From Betaproteobacteria bacterium (GTDB lineage: Bacteria > Pseudomonadota > Gammaproteobacteria > Burkholderiales > Rhodocyclaceae), in assembly GCA_016208425.1 (NCBI GenBank), contig JACQYA010000118.1, positions 3,350-67,349 of the forward strand: a DNA stretch of 64,000 nt, read 5' to 3'. Below are positions 19,871 through 29,317 of the stretch, in pieces; position 1 is the first letter of the stretch, and each line of letters opens with the position of its first letter. The notes under the pieces were generated by a model. The model did no database searches, was not told the origin of the DNA, and saw only the letters and a program-made list of their open reading frames with translations. A program made the translations under genes and the position numbers.

Positions 19871-20395
19871 ATGAAATCAAACCCAACAAACGAAACCGGC
19901 GAGGCCGATACGCCCGCAGCGGTCAGCGCGCCGCGCCTGTGGCGCCACAACGGATGGACTGCCCGCGTCATCAAGAGCGAAGACGACGACGGCTGGGCGG
20001 TGGAAATGTTGCTGGACGGTGAGGCCGAGCCGGCACTGGTCGGCCCGTGGACGATGGGGCGCGACAAAAAGAACCCGAAGCCGATCGATGCCCCGGCGTT
20101 CAACACCCTGGTCAAGACCGCCACCGAAGTGCTCCGCCGCCATGAGCAGCAACGGTATGCGCAATACCACAAGAGCATCGCGGCAAGCACGGCGGAAGGG
20201 CCGGTCACCGTAACGCTCGACATCGTGCCGGACGAAGACTACCCCTACGCGCTGCTCGCCGCACGCGATGCGGGCGGCGAGCGGCTGGCCGAGGTGCGCG
20301 TTGCGCCCGACTTCAAGCTGAGTCTGTCCAGCGCCGGCGCGTGGATAGAGAAAGGCTTCGGCAAACCGGGGGATGGCGGAAATTCCAGAGGCTGA
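19871..20395 (+). CDS. Hypothetical protein (no family recognised)
   Basis: 174 aa from ATG 19871. Strong GC3 bias typical of host genes. Convergent with draT. Confidence 0.6.
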   Translation: MKSNPTNETGEADTPAAVSAPRLWRHNGWTARVIKSEDDDGWAVEMLLDGEAEPALVGPWTMGRDKKNPKPIDAPAFNTLVKTATEVLRRHEQQRYAQYHKSIAASTAEGPVTVTLDIVPDEDYPYALLAARDAGGERLAEVRVAPDFKLSLSSAGAWIEKGFGKPGDGGNSRG

Positions 20396-20430
20396 AATTT
20401 GCCGGTGGCGAAAGCCGCACAAACGCCCGT

Positions 20431-20463
20431 CTCTCCAACCCTCTCCCGCGCGGTGCGCGGGGG
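20431..20463. repeat. Partial copy of the CCCTCTCCCGC-type REP element with hairpin
   Basis: CTCTCCAACCCTCTCCCGCGCGGTGCGCGGGGG; hairpin CCCGCGC-GGT-GCGCGGG. Resembles the elements at 59007..59108 and lies between convergent genes. Confidence 0.4.
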
Positions 20464-20593
20464 CAGACATACCCGGGAAGCCGCGCCAATAGGCGATCTA
20501 CGGAGGTGCCGCCCGGAAAGCCAACATCCGTGCGGGTTTTCGGGCATACCCGTCGTAGACCGTTTATCCATGCGGCTTCCATGGCAACCCCAT

Positions 20594-21478
20594 TCAGATT
20601 GTCGACAAGGTCACATCGACCACGCCGCCAATTACCAGAAACTCGTCCTCGCCCTGCAACACGCCGGGCAATAAACCGCAGTAGAAAAAAATCTTGGTCA
20701 GCGGTATTTCGGCGGCGAGGATGGTGTCGCCGAATTCGCCCGCGCGCTCGCGGCTACGGGTGAAGGAACTGAGGTTGTTGAGCAGGATGACATGGTGGCC
20801 GCCCCCGCCCCCGCTCAAAACCTCGTGATCCGCCATGCGGTTGACGCCACGGTAGAGCGTGACGTGACGGGCTGCCGGGTGGTGGCGCTGCAACTCGCGC
20901 TGGCAGAAGGTGTACACGAGGTCGAACTGCGACTCCAGCGCGTTGGTGCCATACAGCCCGCGCGCGCGCATTTCCAGGTATCGCCCGTAGGCATCGCCGG
21001 AGGAGTCGCGCAGCGGCCGGCCGTGATGGCGCGGCACCAGGCCGAACCGGGACTCGACCCAGCCTTTTAGCACCGCGCCTTCGCGGCTGTCGGAACCGAA
21101 GCTCCAGCCGCGAACCATGCGCGCGTAGCCGGCTTTGGCGCGCCCCTCAAATTTCCCGGTAAAGCCCATTTCCTCGGGATGCTCCAGGCGGAAATGCACG
21201 GTCAGGTAGTCGCGAAAGACAGCGGCACGCGCTTCGGGCAACGCGGCGTCCAGGCGCTTGAAGAGATCGCCGTGCAACTCGGCAACGCCGTCGAGCAAGA
21301 GCGGGCTGGGGTATTGCTGGTAGGTCAGGCCGCCGAGCACGACCGCCGGCAAATTGCAGCGGTTGATCGGCAGACGCGCGTCGCGCGGCAACGATGCTTT
21401 GTCGTCACCCTGACAAAGCGCGGGGGGGTTGTCGTGTCCCCACGCTTCCGTGGTGACCGACACATTCTGAATTTTCAT
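20594..21478 (-). CDS. draT: NAD+:dinitrogenase reductase ADP-ribosyltransferase DraT
   Basis: 294 aa. R-S-ExE ART signature (TLYRG, NLSSFT, QGEDEFLV) and overall DraT-like sequence. Divergent from nifH, as in other DraT-containing diazotrophs. Confidence 0.88.
   Translation of the reverse strand: MKIQNVSVTTEAWGHDNPPALCQGDDKASLPRDARLPINRCNLPAVVLGGLTYQQYPSPLLLDGVAELHGDLFKRLDAALPEARAAVFRDYLTVHFRLEHPEEMGFTGKFEGRAKAGYARMVRGWSFGSDSREGAVLKGWVESRFGLVPRHHGRPLRDSSGDAYGRYLEMRARGLYGTNALESQFDLVYTFCQRELQRHHPAARHVTLYRGVNRMADHEVLSGGGGGHHVILLNNLSSFTRSRERAGEFGDTILAAEIPLTKIFFYCGLLPGVLQGEDEFLVIGGVVDVTLSTI
21400..21415 (+). promoter_or_regulatory. NifA upstream activator site for nifH (inside the draT 5' coding region)
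   Basis: TGTCGTCACCCTGACA, 99 bp upstream of the -24 element. Confidence 0.8.
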
Positions 21479-21513
21479 CGTCCATTCAACCGGTTACGTA
21501 CGGCAAGCCGACT

Positions 21514-21528
21514 TGGCACGCAACGTGC
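21514..21528 (+). promoter_or_regulatory. sigma54 -24/-12 promoter for nifHDK
   Basis: TGGCAC-GCAAC-GTGC, 65 nt upstream of the nifH ATG. Confidence 0.85.
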
Positions 21529-21581
21529 GTAAGGGTAGTCGCGACGCTTACTGATTTCGCGCAAATCGACTGACAGATTAA

Positions 21582-22484
<903 letters not shown>

Positions 22485-22492
22485 GGACAACC

Positions 22493-22518
22493 TGCCCTCT
22501 CCTTTCGCGGGGAGGGCA
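22493..22518 (+). other. Intercistronic stem-loop nifH/nifD
   Basis: TGCCCTCTCC-TTTCGC-GGGGAGGGCA, a 10-bp stem including one G.U pair. Confidence 0.6.
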
Positions 22519-22570
22519 ACTTTCAACCAACACGCCGGCCACGGATGGGTGGCGGCGTCAGGAGAAAAAC

Positions 22571-24046
22571 ATGACCACTCTGTCTCGCGCAGAGACCGAA
22601 GCCCTCATCGCCGAGGTGCTTGAGGTCTACCCCGAAAAAGCCAGGAAGGACCGCGCCAAGCATCTCACGGCCAACGATCCGGGCATCGAACAATCGAAGA
22701 AATGCATCACTTCCAACCGCAAGTCGCTGCCCGGCGTGATGACCATACGCGGTTGCGCCTACGCCGGTTCCAAGGGCGTGGTCTGGGGGCCGATCAAGGA
22801 CATGATCCACATCTCGCACGGCCCGGTCGGCTGCGGCCAGTACTCGCGCGCCGGCCGCCGCAACTACTACGTCGGCACGACCGGCGTCGACGCCTTCGGC
22901 ACGATGAACTTCACGTCCGACTTCCAGGAAAAGGACATCGTCTTCGGCGGCGACAAGAAACTCGCCAAGCTGCTCGACGAAGTCGAACAACTGTTCCCGC
23001 TGCACCGGGGCATCTCGGTGCAATCCGAGTGCCCGATCGGCCTGATCGGCGACGACATCGAATCGGTCTCCAAGAAGGGCGCCGCCGCCATCGGCAAGCC
23101 CATCGTCCCGGTCCGCTGCGAAGGTTTCCGGGGCGTTTCGCAATCGCTCGGCCACCACATCGCCAACGACGCGATCCGCGACTGGGTGCTCGACAAGCGC
23201 GACGGTTCGCCGGACACCTCGACGCCCTACGACGTGGCCATCATCGGCGACTACAACATCGGCGGCGACGCCTGGGCCACGCGCATCCTGCTCGAAGAGA
23301 TGGGCCTGCGCGTCGTCGCCCAGTGGTCTGGCGACGGCACGCTGGCGGAAATGATGAACACGCCGAAGGTCAAGCTGAACCTGCTGCACTGCTACCGCTC
23401 GATGAACTACATCAGCCGGCACATGGAAGAGAAGTACGGTATTCCGTGGATGGAATACAACTTCTTCGGCCCGACCAAGATCGTCGAATCGCTGCGCCGC
23501 ATCGCCGCTTTCTTCGACGACCAGGTCAAAGAGAAGACCGAAGCCGTGATCGCCCGCTATCAGCCGATGATGGACGCCATCGTCGCCAGGTACAAGCCGC
23601 GCCTGCAGGGCAAGAAGGTGATGCTCTACGTCGGCGGCCTGCGCCCGCGCCACGTGATCGGCGCCTACGAGGATCTCGGCATGGAAGTGATCGGCACCGG
23701 CTACGAGTTCGGCCACAACGACGACTACGACCGCACGACCAAGGAAATGGGCGACGCGACGCTGATCTACGACGACGCCACCGGCTTCGAGCTGGAAGAG
23801 TTCGTCAAGAAGCTCAAACCCGACCTCGTCGGCTCCGGCATCAAGGAAAAATATATCTTCCAGAAGATGGGCATTCCGCTGCGCCAGATGCACTCCTGGG
23901 ACTACTCCGGCCCCTACCACGGCTACGACGGTTTCGCCATCTTCGCCCGCGACATGGACATCGCGCTGTCCAGCCCGGTCTGGGGCAAGCTGGTGCCGCC
24001 CTGGAAGAAAACCGTTGCTGAAGAGGAAGTGAAAGAGGCCGCCTGA
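22571..24046 (+). CDS. nifD: Nitrogenase MoFe protein alpha chain NifD
   Basis: 491 aa. ...[39 protein letters not shown]..., [10 protein letters not shown] (FeMoco Cys). Confidence 0.98.
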   Translation: MTTLSRAETEALIAEVLEVYPEKARKDRAKHLTANDPGIEQSKKCITSNRKSLPGVMTIRGCAYAGSKGVVWGPIKDMIHISHGPVGCGQYSRAGRRNYYVGTTGVDAFGTMNFTSDFQEKDIVFGGDKKLAKLLDEVEQLFPLHRGISVQSECPIGLIGDDIESVSKKGAAAIGKPIVPVRCEGFRGVSQSLGHHIANDAIRDWVLDKRDGSPDTSTPYDVAIIGDYNIGGDAWATRILLEEMGLRVVAQWSGDGTLAEMMNTPKVKLNLLHCYRSMNYISRHMEEKYGIPWMEYNFFGPTKIVESLRRIAAFFDDQVKEKTEAVIARYQPMMDAIVARYKPRLQGKKVMLYVGGLRPRHVIGAYEDLGMEVIGTGYEFGHNDDYDRTTKEMGDATLIYDDATGFELEEFVKKLKPDLVGSGIKEKYIFQKMGIPLRQMHSWDYSGPYHGYDGFAIFARDMDIALSSPVWGKLVPPWKKTVAEEEVKEAA

Positions 24047-24060
24047 CCTGATAGCCAGTC

Positions 24061-24101
24061 CTCGCAGGATGCGGTTCGCTACGCTCACCGCATCCTGCGA
24101 G
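24061..24101 (+). other. Intercistronic 14-bp perfect stem-loop nifD/nifK
   Basis: CTCGCAGGATGCGG - 13 nt - CCGCATCCTGCGAG. Confidence 0.7.
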
Positions 24102-24162
24102 CTCGAGTTAAACAACCTGATGCGGGTGTCCGCAGATGAGCGGCACCGGCAAGGAGAACGCC

Positions 24163-25731
24163 ATGCAAACCGCAGAAAAGATCAAGCCCTGTTACCCGCT
24201 GTTCCGCGACGACGATTACAGGAAATCGCTCGCCGACAAGCGTAGCCAGTTCGAGGAAGGCCACTCCGCCGAGACAGTCCACGAAACCTTCCTGTGGACG
24301 ACAACCCAAGAATACCAGGAACTCAATTTCAAGCGCTCCGCGCTGACGGTCGACCCGGCCAAGGCCTGCCAGCCGCTCGGCGCCGTGCTGTGCGCCACCG
24401 GCTTCCACAAGACGCTGCCCTACGTGCACGGCTCGCAAGGCTGCGTCGCCTACTTCCGCACCTATTTCAACCGCCATTTCAAGGAGCCGTGTTCCTGCGT
24501 CTCCGACTCGATGACGGAAGACGCGGCGGTGTTCGGCGGCCAGAAGAACATGTACGACGGCCTGGCCAACGCCAAGGCCATCTACCGGCCGGAAATGATC
24601 GCCGTGTCGACCACCTGCATGGCGGAAGTGATCGGCGACGATCTGAACGCCTTCATCAACAACACGAAGAAGGAAGGGCACATCCCGCAGGATTTCCCGG
24701 TGCCCTTCGCGCACACGCCGTCCTTCGTCGGTTCGCACACCACCGGCTGGGACAACATGTTCGAGGGCATCATGCGCTCCTTCACGCTGAACACGATGGA
24801 GGGCAAGCAGGTCGGCGCCAACGGCAAGATCAACATCGTTCCCGGCTTCGAGACCTACCTCGGCAACTACCGCGCGATCAAGCGCATGCTCGGTGAAATG
24901 GACGTCGATTACACCTATCTGTGCGATCCGAGCGAAGTGTTCGATACGCCGGCCGACGGCGAATTCCGCATGTACGCCGGCGGCACGACGCAGGACGAGA
25001 TCAAGGATGCGCCGAACGCCATCACCACTCTGCTGCTGCAACCGACGCACCTGGAAAAGACGAAGAAGTTCGTCGAGAACACCTGGACGCACGAAGTTCC
25101 CAAGCTGAACATCCCGATGGGCGTCGACTGGACGGACGAGTTCCTGATGAAAGTCTCCGAAGTCACCGGCAAGGCGATTCCCGGATCGCTCGCCAAGGAG
25201 CGCGGCCGCTGCATGGATCTCATTGCCGACAGCCACGCCTGGCTGCACGGCAAGAAGTTCGCGCTCTACGGCGACCCGGACTTCGTCCTCGGCATGGTCA
25301 AGATCCTGCTCGAATGCGGCGCCGAGCCGACCCACATCCTCTCGCACAACGGCAACAAGCGCTGGACGAAGGCGGTCGACAAGCTGCTCGCGTCCAGCCC
25401 CTTCGGCGTCAACGGCAAGGTCTATGCCGGCAACGACCTGTGGCACATGCGCAGCCTGTGCTTCACCGACAAGCCGGATTTTCTGATCGGCAACTCCTAC
25501 GGCAAGTACATCCAGCGCGACACCAGGCACAAAGGCGAGGAGTTTGAAGTGCCGCTGATCCGCCTCGGCTTCCCGATCTTCGACCGCCATCACCTGCACC
25601 GCCAGACGACGATGGGTTACGAAGGGACGATGTCCATCGTCACGCAACTGACCAACGCCGTCCTCGAGCAACTCGACAAGGAAACGATGGCGATGGGAAC
25701 GACGGACTTCAATTTCGACCTGGTCCGCTAA
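24163..25731 (+). CDS. nifK: Nitrogenase MoFe protein beta chain NifK
   Basis: ATG 24163 is preceded by an AAGGAGA SD; the alternative start at 24136 adds 9 aa. ...ALTVDPAKACQPLGAVLCATGFHKTLPYVHGSQGCVAYFR... Confidence 0.97.
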   Translation: MQTAEKIKPCYPLFRDDDYRKSLADKRSQFEEGHSAETVHETFLWTTTQEYQELNFKRSALTVDPAKACQPLGAVLCATGFHKTLPYVHGSQGCVAYFRTYFNRHFKEPCSCVSDSMTEDAAVFGGQKNMYDGLANAKAIYRPEMIAVSTTCMAEVIGDDLNAFINNTKKEGHIPQDFPVPFAHTPSFVGSHTTGWDNMFEGIMRSFTLNTMEGKQVGANGKINIVPGFETYLGNYRAIKRMLGEMDVDYTYLCDPSEVFDTPADGEFRMYAGGTTQDEIKDAPNAITTLLLQPTHLEKTKKFVENTWTHEVPKLNIPMGVDWTDEFLMKVSEVTGKAIPGSLAKERGRCMDLIADSHAWLHGKKFALYGDPDFVLGMVKILLECGAEPTHILSHNGNKRWTKAVDKLLASSPFGVNGKVYAGNDLWHMRSLCFTDKPDFLIGNSYGKYIQRDTRHKGEEFEVPLIRLGFPIFDRHHLHRQTTMGYEGTMSIVTQLTNAVLEQLDKETMAMGTTDFNFDLVR

Positions 25732-25790
25732 ACCGTACCGCCGGCGGAGGCCTAGCGGCTCATGCCCCGCCGGTCAAGCAGGAGAGTTAC

Positions 25791-26018
25791 ATGGCCAACA
25801 TCATGATCCGGCAAGCCGACGGTGGCGGGCTGACGTTCTACTTGCCGAAGCGCGATCTGGAAGCCCCGATCTCGTCCATCGAATTCGACACCCCGGAAAA
25901 ATGGGGCGGCGAGCTGAAACTGGACAACGGTGGGGCGTATTACATCGACCCCATCGCCAGACCGCCGCGCCTGCCCGTTTCCCTGCGCGCCAGGCGTCTC
26001 GGCGCGGCCGAAGACTAA
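25791..26018 (+). CDS. nifT: NifT/FixU
   Basis: 75 aa. MANIMIRQADGGGLTFYLPKRDLEAPI...WGGELKLDNG matches the NifT family pattern, in the conserved position after nifK. Confidence 0.88.
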   Translation: MANIMIRQADGGGLTFYLPKRDLEAPISSIEFDTPEKWGGELKLDNGGAYYIDPIARPPRLPVSLRARRLGAAED

Positions 26019-26103
26019 AGTAGCGGTTTGTTGAAGACACTTGAGCCGGGTTACGTCGCCAATAACCGCGCCCAACCCGGCCTTCCTCCCGAGGAGACCC
26101 ATC

Positions 26104-26295
26104 ATGGCAATGAAAATCGACCCCGACATGTGCACCGCCTGCGGTGACTGCAAGGACGTTTGTCCGACCCAATCGATCACCGCCGGCAAGATCTATTTCA
26201 AGATCGCGGCGGCGACGTGCGCCGAATGCGACGGTCACAACGATACCCCGCTGTGCGCCGATGTCTGCTCGGCCGGCTGTATCGGCCCGGCCTGA
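26104..26295 (+). CDS. Small 4Fe-4S ferredoxin
   Basis: 63 aa from ATG 26104 (GAGGAG SD). CTACGDCKDVCP plus CAECDGH...CADVC. Confidence 0.8.
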   Translation: MAMKIDPDMCTACGDCKDVCPTQSITAGKIYFKIAAATCAECDGHNDTPLCADVCSAGCIGPA

Positions 26296-26390
26296 CCGAT
26301 GCGCCGGAACCCCCCCGGATTCCGGGCCGATCCCGGAACGGCAGGGGGCGCCGTTATATCCACTTGATCCACTGCTAGCCCGGAACCCCT

Positions 26391-27122
26391 ATGCCCAACA
26401 CTCCCATCGCCTCCCGCGAAGCCGCGCTGCGCATCGCGTTGGCCGCCCGCGCCCTGAACGGCCTCGATGTGCGCGCCCTGGTCGGCGCGCTGGTCGAGAA
26501 GCTCGGCTCCCCGCTCACCGAATCCCGGCTCGGCACGCTGGCCGTCGAAGATCTGCGCACCATCGTAGCCGGCAACTTCGCCGATCAGGGCTGCCATGTC
26601 GGCATCGGGGCCGGAACGCTGAAACAAGCCGTTCGCCTGCTCTGGGGCCAGGGTGCCGACAACAGCGACCTCCCCGCCGTCGACCCGTACACCGAAGGCG
26701 AAATGCCCGGCTCGATCCGCGTCGCAGTCGCCGCCAACCGCGGCGAAAACCTCGACGGCCATTTCGGTTCGTGCGAGCGTTTTCTGATCTATCAGGTCGG
26801 CCGGGAAACGGCGAAGCTGGTCGCCGCACGTTCGGCGGCCGAAGCGGACACCGCCGAAGACAAAAACGCCGCCCGTTCGGCGCTGATCGGCGACTGCCAG
26901 ATCGTATACGTGCAATCGATAGGCGGCCCCGCCGCCGCCAAGGTCGTGCGCGCCGGCGTGCATCCGGTCAAAATACCGGCCGGCGGCAAGGCGCGCGAAC
27001 TGCTGGTCGCGCTGCAAGACCGGCTCGCCAGCCCGCCTCCCTGGCTGGCGCGGATCATGGGCGTGCCGCCGGCTTCGCTGGCGCGTTTCGCCGACGGGCC
27101 GGCGGCCGGGGTGGCGGCATGA
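26391..27122 (+). CDS. nifY: NifY/NafY-like FeMo-cofactor carrier (NifX/NifB-C domain family)
   Basis: 243 aa. C-terminal domain IRVAVAANRGENLDGHFGSCERFLIYQV...IVYVQSIGGPAAAKVVRAGVHPVK is a NifX-family fold. Position after nifHDKT. Confidence 0.82.
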   Translation: MPNTPIASREAALRIALAARALNGLDVRALVGALVEKLGSPLTESRLGTLAVEDLRTIVAGNFADQGCHVGIGAGTLKQAVRLLWGQGADNSDLPAVDPYTEGEMPGSIRVAVAANRGENLDGHFGSCERFLIYQVGRETAKLVAARSAAEADTAEDKNAARSALIGDCQIVYVQSIGGPAAAKVVRAGVHPVKIPAGGKARELLVALQDRLASPPPWLARIMGVPPASLARFADGPAAGVAA

Positions 27123-27382
27123 TTACGCCCCGGCTGCTCGTTCGCATCGGTGAGGCGATCCAGCTAAACCCGGCCGTCTCCCTGCTGCGCCGGCACTTTC
27201 CCGACCTGCACTTCAGCGAGTGTACCGGCGACGACGTTTCGCCCCGTTACCGGGCGGCGTTGAGCTTCGACGGCTACGACCTCTATCTTGTTTCCGGCGC
27301 TCCGGGACACTGTTTCGAGCTGACCGACGACCCCGCAACAGCGACCGGCATTCTCGTTGCCGCCAAAACCTATGACGCCTGA
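27119..27382 (+). CDS. Small hypothetical protein, translationally coupled to nifY
   Basis: 87 aa. The ATG overlaps the nifY stop (ATGA). High GC3. No family recognised with confidence. Confidence 0.6.
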   Translation: MITPRLLVRIGEAIQLNPAVSLLRRHFPDLHFSECTGDDVSPRYRAALSFDGYDLYLVSGAPGHCFELTDDPATATGILVAAKTYDA

Positions 27383-28385
27383 CAGAACTTTTGCCGGAGC
27401 CGGGCCTGCGCCACGGATGAGTGACGCCGTCGGCTGGGCGGAATACTGCAAGTCGCTCGCCCCCGCTATCGCCGAGACCTGTGCCACGGTGCCGGTCAAC
27501 AGCGGCTCCGGCGCGCTCGTCAAAGCGCTCGGCGTGGCGCTGCCGGAGTGGAAGTTCCGCCACGCGATGAGCCGGGGCGGCTGGTATCGCCTGGGCGGCG
27601 TGCACGATGGCTGCGGCGTGCGCGTCTCCGGCAACCTCGAAACCTGGGCCAAAGACGCCCTCGACGAACGCGGCGGCGATTTTGGCCGGCTCGCCGACGA
27701 CTTCGCCGGCCGGACGCTGTTCGCCACCCGTCTGGTGGGCCAGACGCACTATCTGGTCGCCACCGCCGACGAAAGCGCGGACGGTTTCCTGCAACTGGAA
27801 ATCGAAGCCGTGCAGGAGATGCGCGTCCACCGGCTTTTTGCCGGCGATCCGTCCTCCCTCGAAGAGCTGGTCGACCCGCGCGGCGGCGCCGGCCAACCGG
27901 TGCCGCTCGGCCTGCCCGGTTACGCCTTCCGCCGCCTCCAGCACATCGGCGCCTTCCTGCGCCGCATGCTGGCGCAAAGCCCCGTCCCTGCGCCCATCCA
28001 CCGCATGCTCGACGACTGGTCGAAAAGCAGCGCGGGCCATACCGGCGCCTATTGCCGCCACTGGGTCATCGCCACCCGCGAGCACCTGGACCGCTACCAC
28101 CAACCGGTTTTCCGGGCGCAACCGATCTCGGTGCAGGCCGGCGCGGCACCGGAATTTGGCGCCGCCGACGGCACCAGCGGCCTCAAGCTGAACGAAGCGC
28201 TCGCCCGCTTCGACCGCGAAGCCGGCTACCCGATGGCCTGGTATTTCCACATGTTGGGCACCCGGTCTGTCCCGCACCGGGTCGCGCAAACCGTCGTCGA
28301 AGATTCGCTGGCCGGCTTCGCCTACCTGCCGCAACGCGACGTCGACGTGGTGCGCGGCTGGCTGCACCGGCCGTACTCGGTATAG
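27372..28385 (+). CDS. Hypothetical protein (about 337 aa), no recognisable family
   Basis: ATG 27372 overlaps the preceding ORF by 11 nt (the track start at 27357 is TTG). Host-like codon bias. No motif I can name. Confidence 0.65.
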   Translation: MTPDRTFAGAGPAPRMSDAVGWAEYCKSLAPAIAETCATVPVNSGSGALVKALGVALPEWKFRHAMSRGGWYRLGGVHDGCGVRVSGNLETWAKDALDERGGDFGRLADDFAGRTLFATRLVGQTHYLVATADESADGFLQLEIEAVQEMRVHRLFAGDPSSLEELVDPRGGAGQPVPLGLPGYAFRRLQHIGAFLRRMLAQSPVPAPIHRMLDDWSKSSAGHTGAYCRHWVIATREHLDRYHQPVFRAQPISVQAGAAPEFGAADGTSGLKLNEALARFDREAGYPMAWYFHMLGTRSVPHRVAQTVVEDSLAGFAYLPQRDVDVVRGWLHRPYSV

Positions 28386-28425
28386 CCGGCCGTGGCTGGC
28401 GCGTGGGGATAACCCGGAGAAAATC

Positions 28426-29289
28426 ATGGCGCCAGAACTGCGCGACAAGCTGTTGGCCGGCCTCAAAAACGGCGGTATCGTTCCTTACCTTGGCCCCGGC
28501 GTCCTCGCCGACGTGAGGGACGCGGCGACCGGCGCGCCGATTCCGTCCGACAGCGATTCGCTGATCCTGGCGATGAACGGTGGGAAGCCGATGGCGGCCA
28601 AGCTGATGTACGAGTTTCCGCGCGCCGCGATGAACGTCGAACTGAAGCGCGGGCGCGGCGCGGTGAGCAAGTTCCTGAACCGCACCTACGGCGGCACGGT
28701 GTGGACGCGCGGCGCCGTGCACGACTGGCTGAAAGCGATTTCCCCGCACTACGTGGTCGACATCAACCGCGATACGCAACTTCAGGATTCCTACGCCGAC
28801 ACGCCCCATAACCTGGTCGTCGGCGTCGCGCGCACCGGCGGCACGGATTTCCGCTACAAGCTGTATTCGTGGGACGGCAACGCCTACCGGAGAACCGACC
28901 TGATCGATCCGTCCCTCCCCATCCTGTTCAAGCCTATGGGTACGCCGAAACCGGAAGCAAACTACATCGCTTCCGACGCCGACTACGTCGATTTCATTAC
29001 CGAGCTGATGGGTGGCTTCGCTATCCCGCCGGAGCTCAAAGCGCTGCGCGGGGGCAAGCAATATCTGCTGCTCGGCCTGCGCCTTAACCGCGACACCGAG
29101 CGCATGGTGATGGCCGACATCATCTACGGCGCCGCACGGCCCGCCGGCTGGGCGCTGATCGGGGCGCCGACCGACAAAGAGCGCCGCTTCTGCACAAAAC
29201 TTGGCCTGGAGCTGATCGAGGGCGATGTTTTCGATGCCTTCGATTCCTCCAATGTCTCCGATCCGACCGGCGCGCCCGGGACAGCATAG
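28426..29289 (+). CDS. SIR2-like (SIR2_2 / DHS-like NAD-binding fold) protein, putative catalytic His replaced
   Basis: 287 aa with a GGAGA SD. Ordered motif matches to the SIR2_2 family: IVPYLGPGV (GAGxS-like loop), VVDINRDTQLQ (TNYD-like), LFKPMGT (KlHGs-like with Met in place of His), YIASDADYVDFI (teeDY), YLLLGLRLNRDTER (liGySl.D). Confidence 0.65.
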   Translation: MAPELRDKLLAGLKNGGIVPYLGPGVLADVRDAATGAPIPSDSDSLILAMNGGKPMAAKLMYEFPRAAMNVELKRGRGAVSKFLNRTYGGTVWTRGAVHDWLKAISPHYVVDINRDTQLQDSYADTPHNLVVGVARTGGTDFRYKLYSWDGNAYRRTDLIDPSLPILFKPMGTPKPEANYIASDADYVDFITELMGGFAIPPELKALRGGKQYLLLGLRLNRDTERMVMADIIYGAARPAGWALIGAPTDKERRFCTKLGLELIEGDVFDAFDSSNVSDPTGAPGTA

Positions 29290-29317
29290 AGGGAAACCCT
29301 CCGCCCCGGCGCGAAGA

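Noticed and set aside
27480-27530. ..VPVNSGSGALVKALG.. in the 337-aa ORF, faintly reminiscent of the macro-domain NAAN..GGG..A motif.
   Set aside because: The match is too short and the spacing differs from macro domains. It cannot be supported without a profile search.
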